Of a stretch of 64,000 nucleotides of DNA, positions 37,245 to 46,941 are shown piece after piece. The notes under the pieces are model-generated. The model was given only the letters and a program-made list of their open reading frames with translations, was not told the DNA's origin and did not search any database. Source of the DNA: an uncultured Chloroflexia bacterium (lineage in GTDB: Bacteria; Chloroflexota; Chloroflexia; QHBQ01; JADMIH01); the NCBI GenBank assembly GCA_963797095.1, contig CAWCNY010000006.1:832001-896000 (forward strand), given 5' to 3'. Positions within the stretch are counted from its first letter, which is position 1. The number at the start of each line of letters is the position of its first letter. Position numbers and translations under genes: made by a program.

Positions 37245-38018
37245 TTAATCCAGCTTGCCTGACCTTGCCTTCTCAGGCGTAGTTCCGTTCGCCGGGGCAA
37301 GGGCGCCTTCGCTATCCAGGTAATAGGTCATACTCTGAAGGGCTACGATAGGATCGATATGCCGGATCCTGACGTGCGGCGGAACCTGCACCGTGATAGG
37401 CGCATAGTTGAGGATAGCGCACACACCGGCGGCTATTAGCGCATCCGCTGCTTCTTGTGCGCCCCTGGCAGGCACAGCCATGATCGCCATCTTAATGCCC
37501 ATGCGCGAGATTACTTTCGGCATATCGTCCATGCCGAGTATCTCCATATTGCCGATGCGCTGGTGCACCTTCTCAGGGTTATGATCAAAGAGGGCTTCTA
37601 TCTGGAAGCCCTGCTCGGCAAGGCCCTCATAATGGAGGAGAGCGCGCCCCAGGTGGCCCAACCCGACCAGTGCCACGGGCCAGTCACGATCCAGCTTAAG
37701 GATAGCTTTCACCTCGGCCAGCAGGTAGGCCACGTTGTACCCTTTGCCTTGCTTGCCGAACTCTCCAAAGTACGAAAGGTCGCGGCGTATCTGGGCCGCG
37801 CTTACGCCAAGCCTGTGGCCCAACTCGCCCGACGAGACCGTTTCGACCCCTTCGCTATACAGGTAATTGAGGCTGCGGGCGTAGATCGGCAAGCGCCTGA
37901 TCACAATATCCGGAATACCGTTCTGCTCCGCACCGGGACGCCTCCCAGCAGGTCCACCGGTTGTGGGTTCGGTCGTATCGATGTCGTCCATCATACTGTC
38001 AGCTATGTGTCTCTGCAT
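37245..38018 (-). CDS. rex: Redox-sensing transcriptional repressor Rex
   Basis: IRRLPIY, VSSGELG, QIRRDLSYFGEFGKQGKGY, GLGHLG, ILNYAP; start uncertain. Confidence 0.96.
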   Translation of the reverse strand: MQRHIADSMMDDIDTTEPTTGGPAGRRPGAEQNGIPDIVIRRLPIYARSLNYLYSEGVETVSSGELGHRLGVSAAQIRRDLSYFGEFGKQGKGYNVAYLLAEVKAILKLDRDWPVALVGLGHLGRALLHYEGLAEQGFQIEALFDHNPEKVHQRIGNMEILGMDDMPKVISRMGIKMAIMAVPARGAQEAADALIAAGVCAILNYAPITVQVPPHVRIRHIDPIVALQSMTYYLDSEGALAPANGTTPEKARSGKLD

Positions 38019-38080
38019 CTTGCTGCCCTGTTCCAGGTTCAAAATTCAAACGTGTGAAGCTTCCTGATATGAACCTTGAA

Positions 38081-38860
38081 CTACCCCTTCGTTCCCCAGT
38101 GCACAGCCACTGCGCCGAAGGTTAGCTGCTTCCAACAAACATTCCTTATGCCTGCTTTGCCCATTATGAGCGCAAGTTCTTCCGGTGGTGGGAATTTCCC
38201 CATCGAGTTCGGAAGATACGTGTAGGCGTCACTATCGCCTGCGATCAGTTTGCCCAGCAATGGGACGATCCGACGGGTGTACAAGTTGTGAAACGCCCTC
38301 GTTGCGGCGAGACGTGGCTTGCCAACTTCCAGGCACACAATCCTACCACCAGGCTTGACTACCCGGCGCATCTCGCGGAACACACCCTCTATATCGGTGA
38401 CATTGCGCATTGCAAAGCCGGTGGCAATGCAATCGAATGTGTCGTCATCAAAAGGGAGGTTGAGGGCATCTGCCCCCGCGAAGAAGACGGATTCTTTAGC
38501 GCCAACACCCTCGCTGCGGCCCTGTATCATCATCGGTGCACAAAAATCTATACCCACGGCCCGCGCGCCGCGATGTGCCATCTCCTGAGCGATAAGCCCT
38601 GTACCGGTCGCAACGTCGAGAGCCAGGTCACCTGGCCCGGGGCGTGCCTTGTTGACGGTGAAACGTCGCCACGCGCCATCGCGCCCGAAGCTCATAAGTG
38701 CGTTCATGAAATCGTACCGCTTCGCGATACGTGCGAACATGCCACTCACATAGCGGGCTTTTTGCTCACCTTGAAGGCTTGCATTGGGGTTAGCGGTGGG
38801 TTGCGTGGATGGGCTTATCCTCTGTCTGGTATGTACCTGTGAGAGATCTCTGGCGCTCAT
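38081..38860 (-). CDS. menG: UbiE/MenG demethylmenaquinone methyltransferase
   Basis: MFARIAKRYDFMN..MSFG, LDVATGTG, FAMRNVTD, EMRRVVKPGG, AYTYLPNS. Confidence 0.9.
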   Translation of the reverse strand: MSARDLSQVHTRQRISPSTQPTANPNASLQGEQKARYVSGMFARIAKRYDFMNALMSFGRDGAWRRFTVNKARPGPGDLALDVATGTGLIAQEMAHRGARAVGIDFCAPMMIQGRSEGVGAKESVFFAGADALNLPFDDDTFDCIATGFAMRNVTDIEGVFREMRRVVKPGGRIVCLEVGKPRLAATRAFHNLYTRRIVPLLGKLIAGDSDAYTYLPNSMGKFPPPEELALIMGKAGIRNVCWKQLTFGAVAVHWGTKG

Positions 38861-38929
38861 ATTCGTACCATGCCGTAAGAAAAAATGGGTCGCTAACCGC
38901 GAAAGGCCGTCCAGTGTACCCAGTGTACA

Positions 38930-38947
38930 TTGTAACAATCTTCACAA
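38930..38947. promoter_or_regulatory. Rex operator upstream of the menG-rex unit
   Basis: Minus strand TTGTGAAgattGTTACAA versus consensus TTGTGAA-N4-TTCACAA. Confidence 0.75.
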
Positions 38948-39004
38948 GATCAGGCAAGAAACGGTTTCTCATCTGCCTTACCGCTATGGTATCATAAAAG
39001 CCCG

Positions 39005-40078
39005 ATGCGAGTGTCCGTACCATATGACAAGCCGATTGTAGCCGAGGTGAAAGTGCGTGGCGGGTTGGGATCGTGCCTGCTGGCGCTGGCTCTCTGTGCC
39101 TACCCGACCTTCGTGGTGTTGCTCACAGTTATCTCGATCGTGTTTCCGGCGCGCGGCGGCTTGCGAGCGGTGGCACAGATCTTCGCGCCACATCTGTACA
39201 TACCTCTCTTGATACTGGTGCCGTTCGCGTTCAGGCGTGGACTGTTCGGTGTCGGCCTGCTGAGAGTGCTGTTGCTAGGGTGCGTAGGCCTTTTCTGCGC
39301 CCGCTATCTCCCTGCTTTTGCGGCCTCAGGGCCAGCACCCGATCCGGCGGCTCCTAAGTTCAGCGTATTGACCTGGAATGTATTCGCCGAGAACCGGCGC
39401 GAGGATAGTGTCCGCGGGTTGCTTCTGGAGAAGCCCGCCGATGTGATCGCTTTGCAGGAGGTGTCATGGACCTGGCTCGCGAACGACCAGATCGCGGCGG
39501 CCTACCCCTACCGCCTCGTACGCCCGGGCGAAACCGCCTCAGGCATGGCCCTCCTGAGCTCTTATCCAATCCTCGACAGCGGCGTGCTGGACGGGGACCG
39601 CGATCTGTGGGACATCCCTCGCCTGATGTGGGCGCGCCTGGATGTGCATGGCACTTCAGTGCTGGTGGTGAACGCGCATCCGATCTCACCCTACTATTCA
39701 GGCGCGGATTGCTCGCTCCCCATTTGCTACGATCCAACCCTGCGCGACAGGCAGATCGTGGCGATGAGGCAGGAGCTTAGTTCATCTCTTGTAGAAGATG
39801 GAGAGCCATTCGTGCTGGTAGGTGACTTCAACGTGACCGAGCGCGAACCCGCCTACGCAGACCTATCGGCGGGGTTGACAGATGCTTTCAAGGCAATTGG
39901 CTCAGGCTTAGGCACCAGTTGGCGGCCCTCTTTCATCATGAGCCAGCCTGTAGGCTTCCTTCAAATCGACTACCTGTTTGCCGGGCCTGGTATCGGTCCC
40001 GTTGGTGTGCAAACCGACTGTACGCCCCGCAGCAGCGATCATTGTGTGGTTATCGGGCGTTTCGAGATCAAAAGATGA
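39005..40078 (+). CDS. Membrane-anchored endonuclease/exonuclease/phosphatase family protein
   Basis: N-terminal TMs, LTWNV, DVIALQE, GDFN, IDYLF, SDH; start uncertain. Confidence 0.9.
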   Translation: MRVSVPYDKPIVAEVKVRGGLGSCLLALALCAYPTFVVLLTVISIVFPARGGLRAVAQIFAPHLYIPLLILVPFAFRRGLFGVGLLRVLLLGCVGLFCARYLPAFAASGPAPDPAAPKFSVLTWNVFAENRREDSVRGLLLEKPADVIALQEVSWTWLANDQIAAAYPYRLVRPGETASGMALLSSYPILDSGVLDGDRDLWDIPRLMWARLDVHGTSVLVVNAHPISPYYSGADCSLPICYDPTLRDRQIVAMRQELSSSLVEDGEPFVLVGDFNVTEREPAYADLSAGLTDAFKAIGSGLGTSWRPSFIMSQPVGFLQIDYLFAGPGIGPVGVQTDCTPRSSDHCVVIGRFEIKR

Positions 40079-40254
40079 TGCCCTACATCGGTTTCTCTCT
40101 GCCCGACGTTAATCATTGCGTAACCTCTGTAATACCGTCGCGCTTGCGGTCGTATTAGTATTGTAGTACAATTTCTGCATATAACTGGCGCCCAACGCCG
40201 GGGTGCCTGCCTTGTGCATGCCCGGCTCCCCTTCCCGTTCTACCAAGGAGTTTT

Positions 40255-43200
40255 ATGAAGACCCAGGGCCGTGGTAATACAGGCGGTCGTATTCCGCCCC
40301 CACACGACGATTACGACGACTACGAGGAAGTCGAATACTCACCTGAAGACGACCTCGAAGTTGCGGGCCTCGAAGATGACTACGAGGATGAGCAAATCGA
40401 CACTCCTGCCTCTTCCCGGCGGGCGGGCGCTCGATCAGGCTCCAACGGGAACAACAAGAATAAGCCCGGAAATGGCCGCTCTACACCTCCCCAGAGGGGC
40501 GGCACGCCTCGCGTGCGCCCGCCCCTGGCAGTAGGTCGCACAGCGGCTCCCCTCTTACCCAAGCGCCGACAACGTCCTGAAATAGAGGTCGAGCCTTCGG
40601 CGGCAGAAACTGCCCCTACTGGCAGGCCCGCCACTGGCAATGGCAAGCGCAAAGAGAGCAACGGCGCTACGTCGACTGCTGCACTGACCGCACCTGCTGC
40701 TTCCACTCCAACTCCCAGGTCCGGGTCCCGCGCTTCACAGTCCGCGATCGCCACAGAGACTCCTGCTCCACCTCAACCGGAGACTCTCTCCACGCGCGTT
40801 TTCAGGTTGATCGTCAACTATGAAACGTTGATCTACATGGGCATTTTTGCCCTTGCGTTCATTACGCGCTTCTGGGACATTGGCGACAGGGGCATACACC
40901 ACGACGAAAGCCTGCACGCCGTCTTCTCGCGCAACCTCTACACTGGGGCCGGTTACACTCATGACCCGATGATGCACGGCCCAGTCCAGTTCAACCTGAT
41001 CGCAGGTATGTACTGGCTCTTTGGCACTTCCGACGCAACCGCCCGCTTCGCCTCGGCTCTCTGTGGCATCTGGGTGGTTATGTCACCATTCTTCTTGCGC
41101 AGACAGATGGGGCGGTGGCCCGCTCTGATCGCTTCCTTCCTGCTCCTGATAGCGCCTGGCATCCTCTACTTCAGCCGCATGGCTCGTGAAGACTCGGTCT
41201 TCTCGGCGATGGAGATGATCATGATCGTCGGGCTGTGGCGCTTTATTTCAACGCGCAGGCCCGCCGATTTCTTCATCTTCTGCGCCGGTCTTTCGCTCAT
41301 GTTCACCATCAAGGAGTCGGCTTATCTGACGGTGGCCGTGCTCGGCAGTATGTTTGCTTTGCTCTTCGCATACCAGGCTGGGTGGGCTATCGTGGGCGCG
41401 TTCGCTGCCTATGGTGCGGCAATGGGCGGCATGCTCCTGGTAATAAGCGGCAAGATGAAGAGTGGCGAAATCGCAGGCCTCCCCAATATCCCCGCCCAGA
41501 ACCCCGACTACGGCACGATCACGAACTTTGCAAGTAATTTCCTGGGGCACCCGTTGGTGCAGTGGTCGGCAATCATCACTGTGCTCTTCATTGTCGGCCT
41601 GGTCTTCCTCCTGTGGTCTAAACGGCGTCAGGTGGTAATGGCGGACGCAGAAGCAGCCTACGAGATGGATGGGGAGTACAGCCGCCCGGTGCGCCCATCT
41701 CGCACTACTAGACCCTCTGGCCGTCCTGCACAGTCGCCGCTACCTACGCGCAGGCCGCGCCAGTCCTCGCCGGGTACAGATGAGGTTATCGAGGCGGCTC
41801 CGCCCCCGGCCTCCAATGGTCACGAAAATGGGGCTGCCGTGTTGCCGGCCGAAGAGTCCGCCTCCGTTGCCCCTCCTGCTTATGCCTATGAGGAGTCTTA
41901 TGAAGCAACCGAGGTATGGGATCCCAGGCGGCTCGACCCCAAGCCGGGGACATTGCTGGCCCACTACCAGCCCGGCTCCGTCCCCCACCTGATTGGCTCC
42001 CTTTTCGGAAGACCCTCGGTGCTGCTGATCGGCTTCCTGATTGCGGCTACCATCTTTATCGTCTTGTACTCGGTGTTCTTCACCGACCTGCCACGCGGCA
42101 TCGCATCCGGCCTGTTTGCCTCGCTTGGCTACTGGATGGCCCAGCAGGGCGTGGCACGCGGGGGCCAACCATGGTACTACTATTTCCTCATCATACCCCT
42201 CTACCAGCCTATCGCTGTCTTCTTCAGCGTGGTCGCCACGATCTTCTTCAGCGTGAAGGGTATCCGGGGATTCCTAAAGAACCGGGAAGATCGCCTGTAC
42301 GGCGAAACTGATCAGCCGCGCCTCGGCCTCTACAACACCGATCGGCCAGTGCCATTCGCCAAGTTCAGCGCCTTCCTGCCCCTATTTTCGATCTGGTGGT
42401 TGGGTGGGGCCTGGTTCATCTACAGTTGGGCGGGCGAGAAGATGCCCTGGCTTATCATGCACATGATCAGGCCCGCCATATTGCTGGCCTCCCTCTTCCT
42501 GGGCGCTCTTGTGGCCTCTATTATTGCTCGTAGGCAGGAGCGGATAGCATGGGCCAGGGCCTATTACAGAGAATACTACGGCGATGAACCGGATGCGCCC
42601 ACCATACCTCTCACAGAGAGCGGGCGCCGAGCCTCGGACGGTGGAAGGGGCGCGCCTCAGTCGAAAACCCAGGTAGCCCGCAACCCCAAATACCGCCGGG
42701 CACCGGTGGTTTTGCGGGAACAGGAGCCACCATGGATCAGCTGGAATCGCCCAGGCTCCAAGTTTCCGGCTCTCTCCTTCCTGACCATTCTTACCTTGCT
42801 TGCTCTGGCCTGGGGGCTGAAGCTCAATGCGCTCTCGTATGTCAGCGACTATACTGGTTGGGGCATTTCCTGGGTCTATCCTATGTTGGTAGTTATCCTG
42901 GTGGTGTCTTATTCCGTGTGGATCGGCCCATCTCGCGTGCTACGCTACCTGGCCCTGGGCATCTTTTCAATTTTCTTCCTCTATGAGTTCCGCTCGGCGA
43001 TCGACCTCACGTACCAGCACCCTGATGTGCCGATCGAGATGGCCGTCTACGTGCAAACGTCACCCGATGTGACGCGTACCGTCAAAGAGATCGATGATTA
43101 TTCTACCTATGCCACCGGTGGCCTCAATACACGGGTGACTTACGATAGCTTTGCATCGTGGCCTTTCGAGTGGTACTTCCGCGACTTCAAGAACAAGAAT

Positions 43201-43644
43201 TTCATAGCCGCCAACGAGGTTCCTACAGGACCCGATTATCCAATACTGGTCCTGGAATACGCCAAGCACAACAACGACCCGGCCCTCGCAGATTACCTGG
43301 TGCAGCGTTATGCTATGCGCTGGTGGTTCCCGGAGGACTGGTACAAGAGCCAACTCATCCAAGGCCAGGATTATCAGACAGCGCCTTTTGGTAGCCAACT
43401 TGGCGCGATCCTGGGAACGACCGCCGGCACATTCACTAACCCGCAGATGACTTCTACCCTTTGGAAGTACCTTATCTTCCGCCAGACTCCGGAGCCTTTA
43501 GGCTCGGAAGATATGGTCGTTGCCGTGCGACGTGACATAGCCCAGATATACCATTACCTGCAATATCAGCCGCCCGACAGGAGCGACGAACCACCACCCA
43601 CCGTTCGCACGCCGCCAGCGCCCGATGGCAGCTTCTATCGCTAA
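40255..43644 (+). CDS. TIGR03663/Agl23-like GT-C membrane protein with long disordered segments
   Basis: RFWDIGDRGIHHDESLHA, DPMMHGP, YFSRMARED, GEKMPW, VYVQTSPD, WPFEWYFRD. Confidence 0.85.
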   Translation: MKTQGRGNTGGRIPPPHDDYDDYEEVEYSPEDDLEVAGLEDDYEDEQIDTPASSRRAGARSGSNGNNKNKPGNGRSTPPQRGGTPRVRPPLAVGRTAAPLLPKRRQRPEIEVEPSAAETAPTGRPATGNGKRKESNGATSTAALTAPAASTPTPRSGSRASQSAIATETPAPPQPETLSTRVFRLIVNYETLIYMGIFALAFITRFWDIGDRGIHHDESLHAVFSRNLYTGAGYTHDPMMHGPVQFNLIAGMYWLFGTSDATARFASALCGIWVVMSPFFLRRQMGRWPALIASFLLLIAPGILYFSRMAREDSVFSAMEMIMIVGLWRFISTRRPADFFIFCAGLSLMFTIKESAYLTVAVLGSMFALLFAYQAGWAIVGAFAAYGAAMGGMLLVISGKMKSGEIAGLPNIPAQNPDYGTITNFASNFLGHPLVQWSAIITVLFIVGLVFLLWSKRRQVVMADAEAAYEMDGEYSRPVRPSRTTRPSGRPAQSPLPTRRPRQSSPGTDEVIEAAPPPASNGHENGAAVLPAEESASVAPPAYAYEESYEATEVWDPRRLDPKPGTLLAHYQPGSVPHLIGSLFGRPSVLLIGFLIAATIFIVLYSVFFTDLPRGIASGLFASLGYWMAQQGVARGGQPWYYYFLIIPLYQPIAVFFSVVATIFFSVKGIRGFLKNREDRLYGETDQPRLGLYNTDRPVPFAKFSAFLPLFSIWWLGGAWFIYSWAGEKMPWLIMHMIRPAILLASLFLGALVASIIARRQERIAWARAYYREYYGDEPDAPTIPLTESGRRASDGGRGAPQSKTQVARNPKYRRAPVVLREQEPPWISWNRPGSKFPALSFLTILTLLALAWGLKLNALSYVSDYTGWGISWVYPMLVVILVVSYSVWIGPSRVLRYLALGIFSIFFLYEFRSAIDLTYQHPDVPIEMAVYVQTSPDVTRTVKEIDDYSTYATGGLNTRVTYDSFASWPFEWYFRDFKNKNFIAANEVPTGPDYPILVLEYAKHNNDPALADYLVQRYAMRWWFPEDWYKSQLIQGQDYQTAPFGSQLGAILGTTAGTFTNPQMTSTLWKYLIFRQTPEPLGSEDMVVAVRRDIAQIYHYLQYQPPDRSDEPPPTVRTPPAPDGSFYR

Positions 43645-43707
43645 ACGTGATACGTGACGCGGTATTGACTACATCCGTTTTGAGAATGGAATGGTGAAAA
43701 GGAGACT

Positions 43708-46700
43708 ATGGACAATCGTAAATTGAGCGCACGCGCCGAGACGGGCGCGTCCAGGGCCGGATATGGGCGACGCGACGGCGGTGGAGCAACTACCGTATCG
43801 TGGCTTGATCGCGCTGTCGAGCTTACCCGCGTCAACTGGGAAGTAATCTTCTTCGTTGGATTGATGGTAGTTGCCGTACTAACGCGCCTGGTAGACCTCG
43901 GCTCGCGGGCATTCCACCACGACGAGAGCATCCACGCGTATTTCTCCAACTATTACCTGCTAACGGGTAACTTTACGACCACGCCAGGCTTTGGCGGCGG
44001 CTACGACCCGACTTATCATGGTCCTTTCCTCTACAACATAGTGGCTCTCGGTTTCTTCCTGTTTGGAACCAACGATGCCACCGCCCGTCTGATGCCGGCT
44101 ATCTTCGGCATCATACTGATCGGCCTCATCTGGCTGCTTCGTCCCTTTATAGGCAGGCTTGGTGCGTTGATCGCGGCCTTGCTGGTGATACTCTCACCCA
44201 GCATTACTTACTATTCGCGTTCGTTGCGCCATGACATCTTCGCGCTGACTGGATGCTTGCTCCTTTTCATCTCGATCCTGTGGTTCTTACGAACCCACCA
44301 GGCTCGTTGGGTTTACCTGGGAGCGTTAGGCTTCATAGTGGCCTATGCGAGCCACGAATTGACGTTCATCGTGGCTTTCATCTTCGCGCTCTTCCTGGCT
44401 ATCGCCGCGTTTACTTACAATGCCTTCTCCGGTGGCTCCCGGCGCTATGCGGACTCCGATGTAAATCCTGTGCGCAGCGCGTTGTCGGCTCTTGGCACGC
44501 AGCGCTGGACGTTGTTTGGCGCGCTTGCGCTGGCGGGTGGGGTGTATGTGGTACTTTACACCAATCTTCTGACCCATCTCGACTTGATCCTTTCCGGGAT
44601 CATCGAGGGCCTGAACTACTGGCTGATCCAGCAACGCGCAGCGCGTGGCAATCAGCCGATCTTCTACTACGTCATGATGATGCCGATTTATGAGCCGCTG
44701 GCTCTGCTGGCAGGGATCGGCACCACAGTGTACATGGTGGTCAAATACTTCAGGGGGGAGGGCGACACCGTAGCAGTAGATGACGGGGCCGACGCCTTCC
44801 CTACAAACACTGATGTGCCTGTTGAGGACGAATTTGGGCATCCGCTGCCGGGCATCGCCTCTATGCGTGGCCTCACCTGGGCTTTCCTCGTGTTCTGGTC
44901 ATTTGGCGCTTTCGTTGCCTTCTCTATCGCGGGCGAGAAGATGCCCTGGCTGACCATGCAGATGGCTCTCCCTTTCAGCTTGCTTGCTGCCGCAGGACTC
45001 GGCAAGTTGCTGACCGGCATGGAATGGCGTGAGGTGCGCAAGGGGGGCGGCCTCTTCCTGGGCGTGGGTGTTGTGCTCTTCATCTTCGCGGCCTTTATGC
45101 TGGTGTCCTACTTGAACGGCACCATGCCAAAGCCAGCAGGAGCAAGCGCCGACTTCCAGAACCTTGTTCGTGGTTTCCTGCTGATCCTCTTTACGGCAGG
45201 CCTGCTTGCCCTGTGCGGTTGGCTTGCATATAAGATGCTGCCCGGCAGGGCAGTGAAGGTGATCGGCTTCACTTTCGCCATTTTCCTGGGCCTGTACGGT
45301 ATCCGCTCGATGACCATCCTCAACTACAACAGGGGCGATATCCCCAACGAGATGATGGTTTACACGCAGTCGGCTCCTGATACGACGATTGTGGCCGATC
45401 TTGTGAAGCGGCTATCGCGTGACGAAACATCATTCGACGCCGACCGCAACGCCAACGACGTTACCGGCGGGCACGGACTAACTATTGCCCTCGACCAGAA
45501 CGAGGCTACAGAGTGGCCGTTCGACTGGTACTTCCGCGATATGAAGAACCTGATCTATCACAACCTGGCGGGCTGGCAGTCGAACAACGCGGGCGTGCCG
45601 CCTAACGAGGCGGTGATCATCGCCAGCGAAGCGACCGAGAACGAGCCGAACTTCCAGGCGTTCATCAAGGATAAGTACACCACCACCAAGTATGTGCATA
45701 ACTGGTGGTTCCCTGAAGAGACCTATCGAACGGGCAACGATGGCGATTTCGGTAAAGCCCTCAATCTAATGTTCGGTAACAACCTGCGGTACCTGCTGTA
45801 CCGCGACCCTGGCAAGCCGCTCGGTTCGCGCAACTTCTACCTGCACGTTCGCAACGACCTGGCGCCGAAGGCGGGCTTTGCCAGCGCGGGCACTGTCACT
45901 ACCCCGGCTGACCCAACCCACCCCGACGAGAGCACTCCTGTGCACGCGTTGTTTGACCTGGCTCCGAAGGGGACCGACCGGGGAGCGTTCGATCAGCCTC
46001 GCGGTATCGCCACCGGGCCGGATGGAAGCGTGTATGTGGTCGACACCAACAACTTCCGTATTCAGAAGTTCGATTCGACCGGTAAGTTCGTCAAGATCAT
46101 CGGCTCCGGCAAAGGCAGCGATGATGGAGAGTTTGCTCCATTGAGCGACCAGGCCAGCGGTACAGGCGCAGGCGGGATCGCGGTGGACAAGGACGGCAAC
46201 ATCTACGTGGCCGACACCTGGAACCACCGGATCGAAAAGTTCGACTCGAACGGTAACTTCCTCACCAAGTGGGGCGAGTTCGTCAACCTGGGCGACTCGG
46301 GTGGCTTCAGCGACGGCAACAAGAACGACAAGTTCTATGGACCGCGCGGGGTGGCTGTTGGGCCTGATGGTAATGTCTATGTTACCGACACGGGCAACAA
46401 GCGCGTTTCCATCTTTGCGCCGGACGGCAGCTACTTGCGCGAGATCAGCAGCGGTATGACCCCGGATAAGATCTCAGGGAATTACCCGTTCAACCAGCCG
46501 GGAGAGATGAACGAGCCTATAGGAATTACGGTTGACCAGCAGAGCAACGTGTATGTAGCCGATACGAACAACAAGCGCATCCAGAAGTTCGACTCAAGCG
46601 GCAAGTTCGTGACCCAGTGGCCCATTCCGAGTGGCGGGTGGGACCCAGGGACGACGATGGAGCCGTTCATGGCGACCGACGCCCAGGGTAATGTGTACGT

Positions 46701-46887
46701 TACCGGCCCCACCGCCGCTCTGGTATACAAGTTCAGCCCATCGGGTGAATTGCTGGGCAATCCGGGCAAAAGCCCTCAAAACGTGGTTCTCAAGACCCCT
46801 ACGGGCATTACGGTGGCCGCCGACGGTAAGGTGTACGTGGTTGACACCGGTGCTAACGGAGTGGTCAACATGGGCACCATACCCTGA
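43708..46887 (+). CDS. TIGR03663/Agl23-like GT-C membrane protein fused to an NHL beta-propeller
   Basis: RAFHHDESIHA, DPTYHGP, YYSRSLRHD, GEKMPW, MVYTQS; C-terminal NHL repeats (PRGIA..PDG.VYV.DT.N.RIQKF). Confidence 0.88.
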   Translation: MDNRKLSARAETGASRAGYGRRDGGGATTVSWLDRAVELTRVNWEVIFFVGLMVVAVLTRLVDLGSRAFHHDESIHAYFSNYYLLTGNFTTTPGFGGGYDPTYHGPFLYNIVALGFFLFGTNDATARLMPAIFGIILIGLIWLLRPFIGRLGALIAALLVILSPSITYYSRSLRHDIFALTGCLLLFISILWFLRTHQARWVYLGALGFIVAYASHELTFIVAFIFALFLAIAAFTYNAFSGGSRRYADSDVNPVRSALSALGTQRWTLFGALALAGGVYVVLYTNLLTHLDLILSGIIEGLNYWLIQQRAARGNQPIFYYVMMMPIYEPLALLAGIGTTVYMVVKYFRGEGDTVAVDDGADAFPTNTDVPVEDEFGHPLPGIASMRGLTWAFLVFWSFGAFVAFSIAGEKMPWLTMQMALPFSLLAAAGLGKLLTGMEWREVRKGGGLFLGVGVVLFIFAAFMLVSYLNGTMPKPAGASADFQNLVRGFLLILFTAGLLALCGWLAYKMLPGRAVKVIGFTFAIFLGLYGIRSMTILNYNRGDIPNEMMVYTQSAPDTTIVADLVKRLSRDETSFDADRNANDVTGGHGLTIALDQNEATEWPFDWYFRDMKNLIYHNLAGWQSNNAGVPPNEAVIIASEATENEPNFQAFIKDKYTTTKYVHNWWFPEETYRTGNDGDFGKALNLMFGNNLRYLLYRDPGKPLGSRNFYLHVRNDLAPKAGFASAGTVTTPADPTHPDESTPVHALFDLAPKGTDRGAFDQPRGIATGPDGSVYVVDTNNFRIQKFDSTGKFVKIIGSGKGSDDGEFAPLSDQASGTGAGGIAVDKDGNIYVADTWNHRIEKFDSNGNFLTKWGEFVNLGDSGGFSDGNKNDKFYGPRGVAVGPDGNVYVTDTGNKRVSIFAPDGSYLREISSGMTPDKISGNYPFNQPGEMNEPIGITVDQQSNVYVADTNNKRIQKFDSSGKFVTQWPIPSGGWDPGTTMEPFMATDAQGNVYVTGPTAALVYKFSPSGELLGNPGKSPQNVVLKTPTGITVAADGKVYVVDTGANGVVNMGTIP

Positions 46888-46905
46888 TAGTATCCGCTGG
46901 GTAAC

Positions 46906-46934
46906 GGGGCGGCCTGGCCGCCTCATTTTCTTTT
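46906..46934 (+). terminator. Intrinsic terminator-like hairpin between convergent genes
   Basis: GGGGCGGC-CTG-GCCGCCTC followed by ATTTTCTTTT. Confidence 0.55.
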
Positions 46935-46941
46935 AAGAGAC

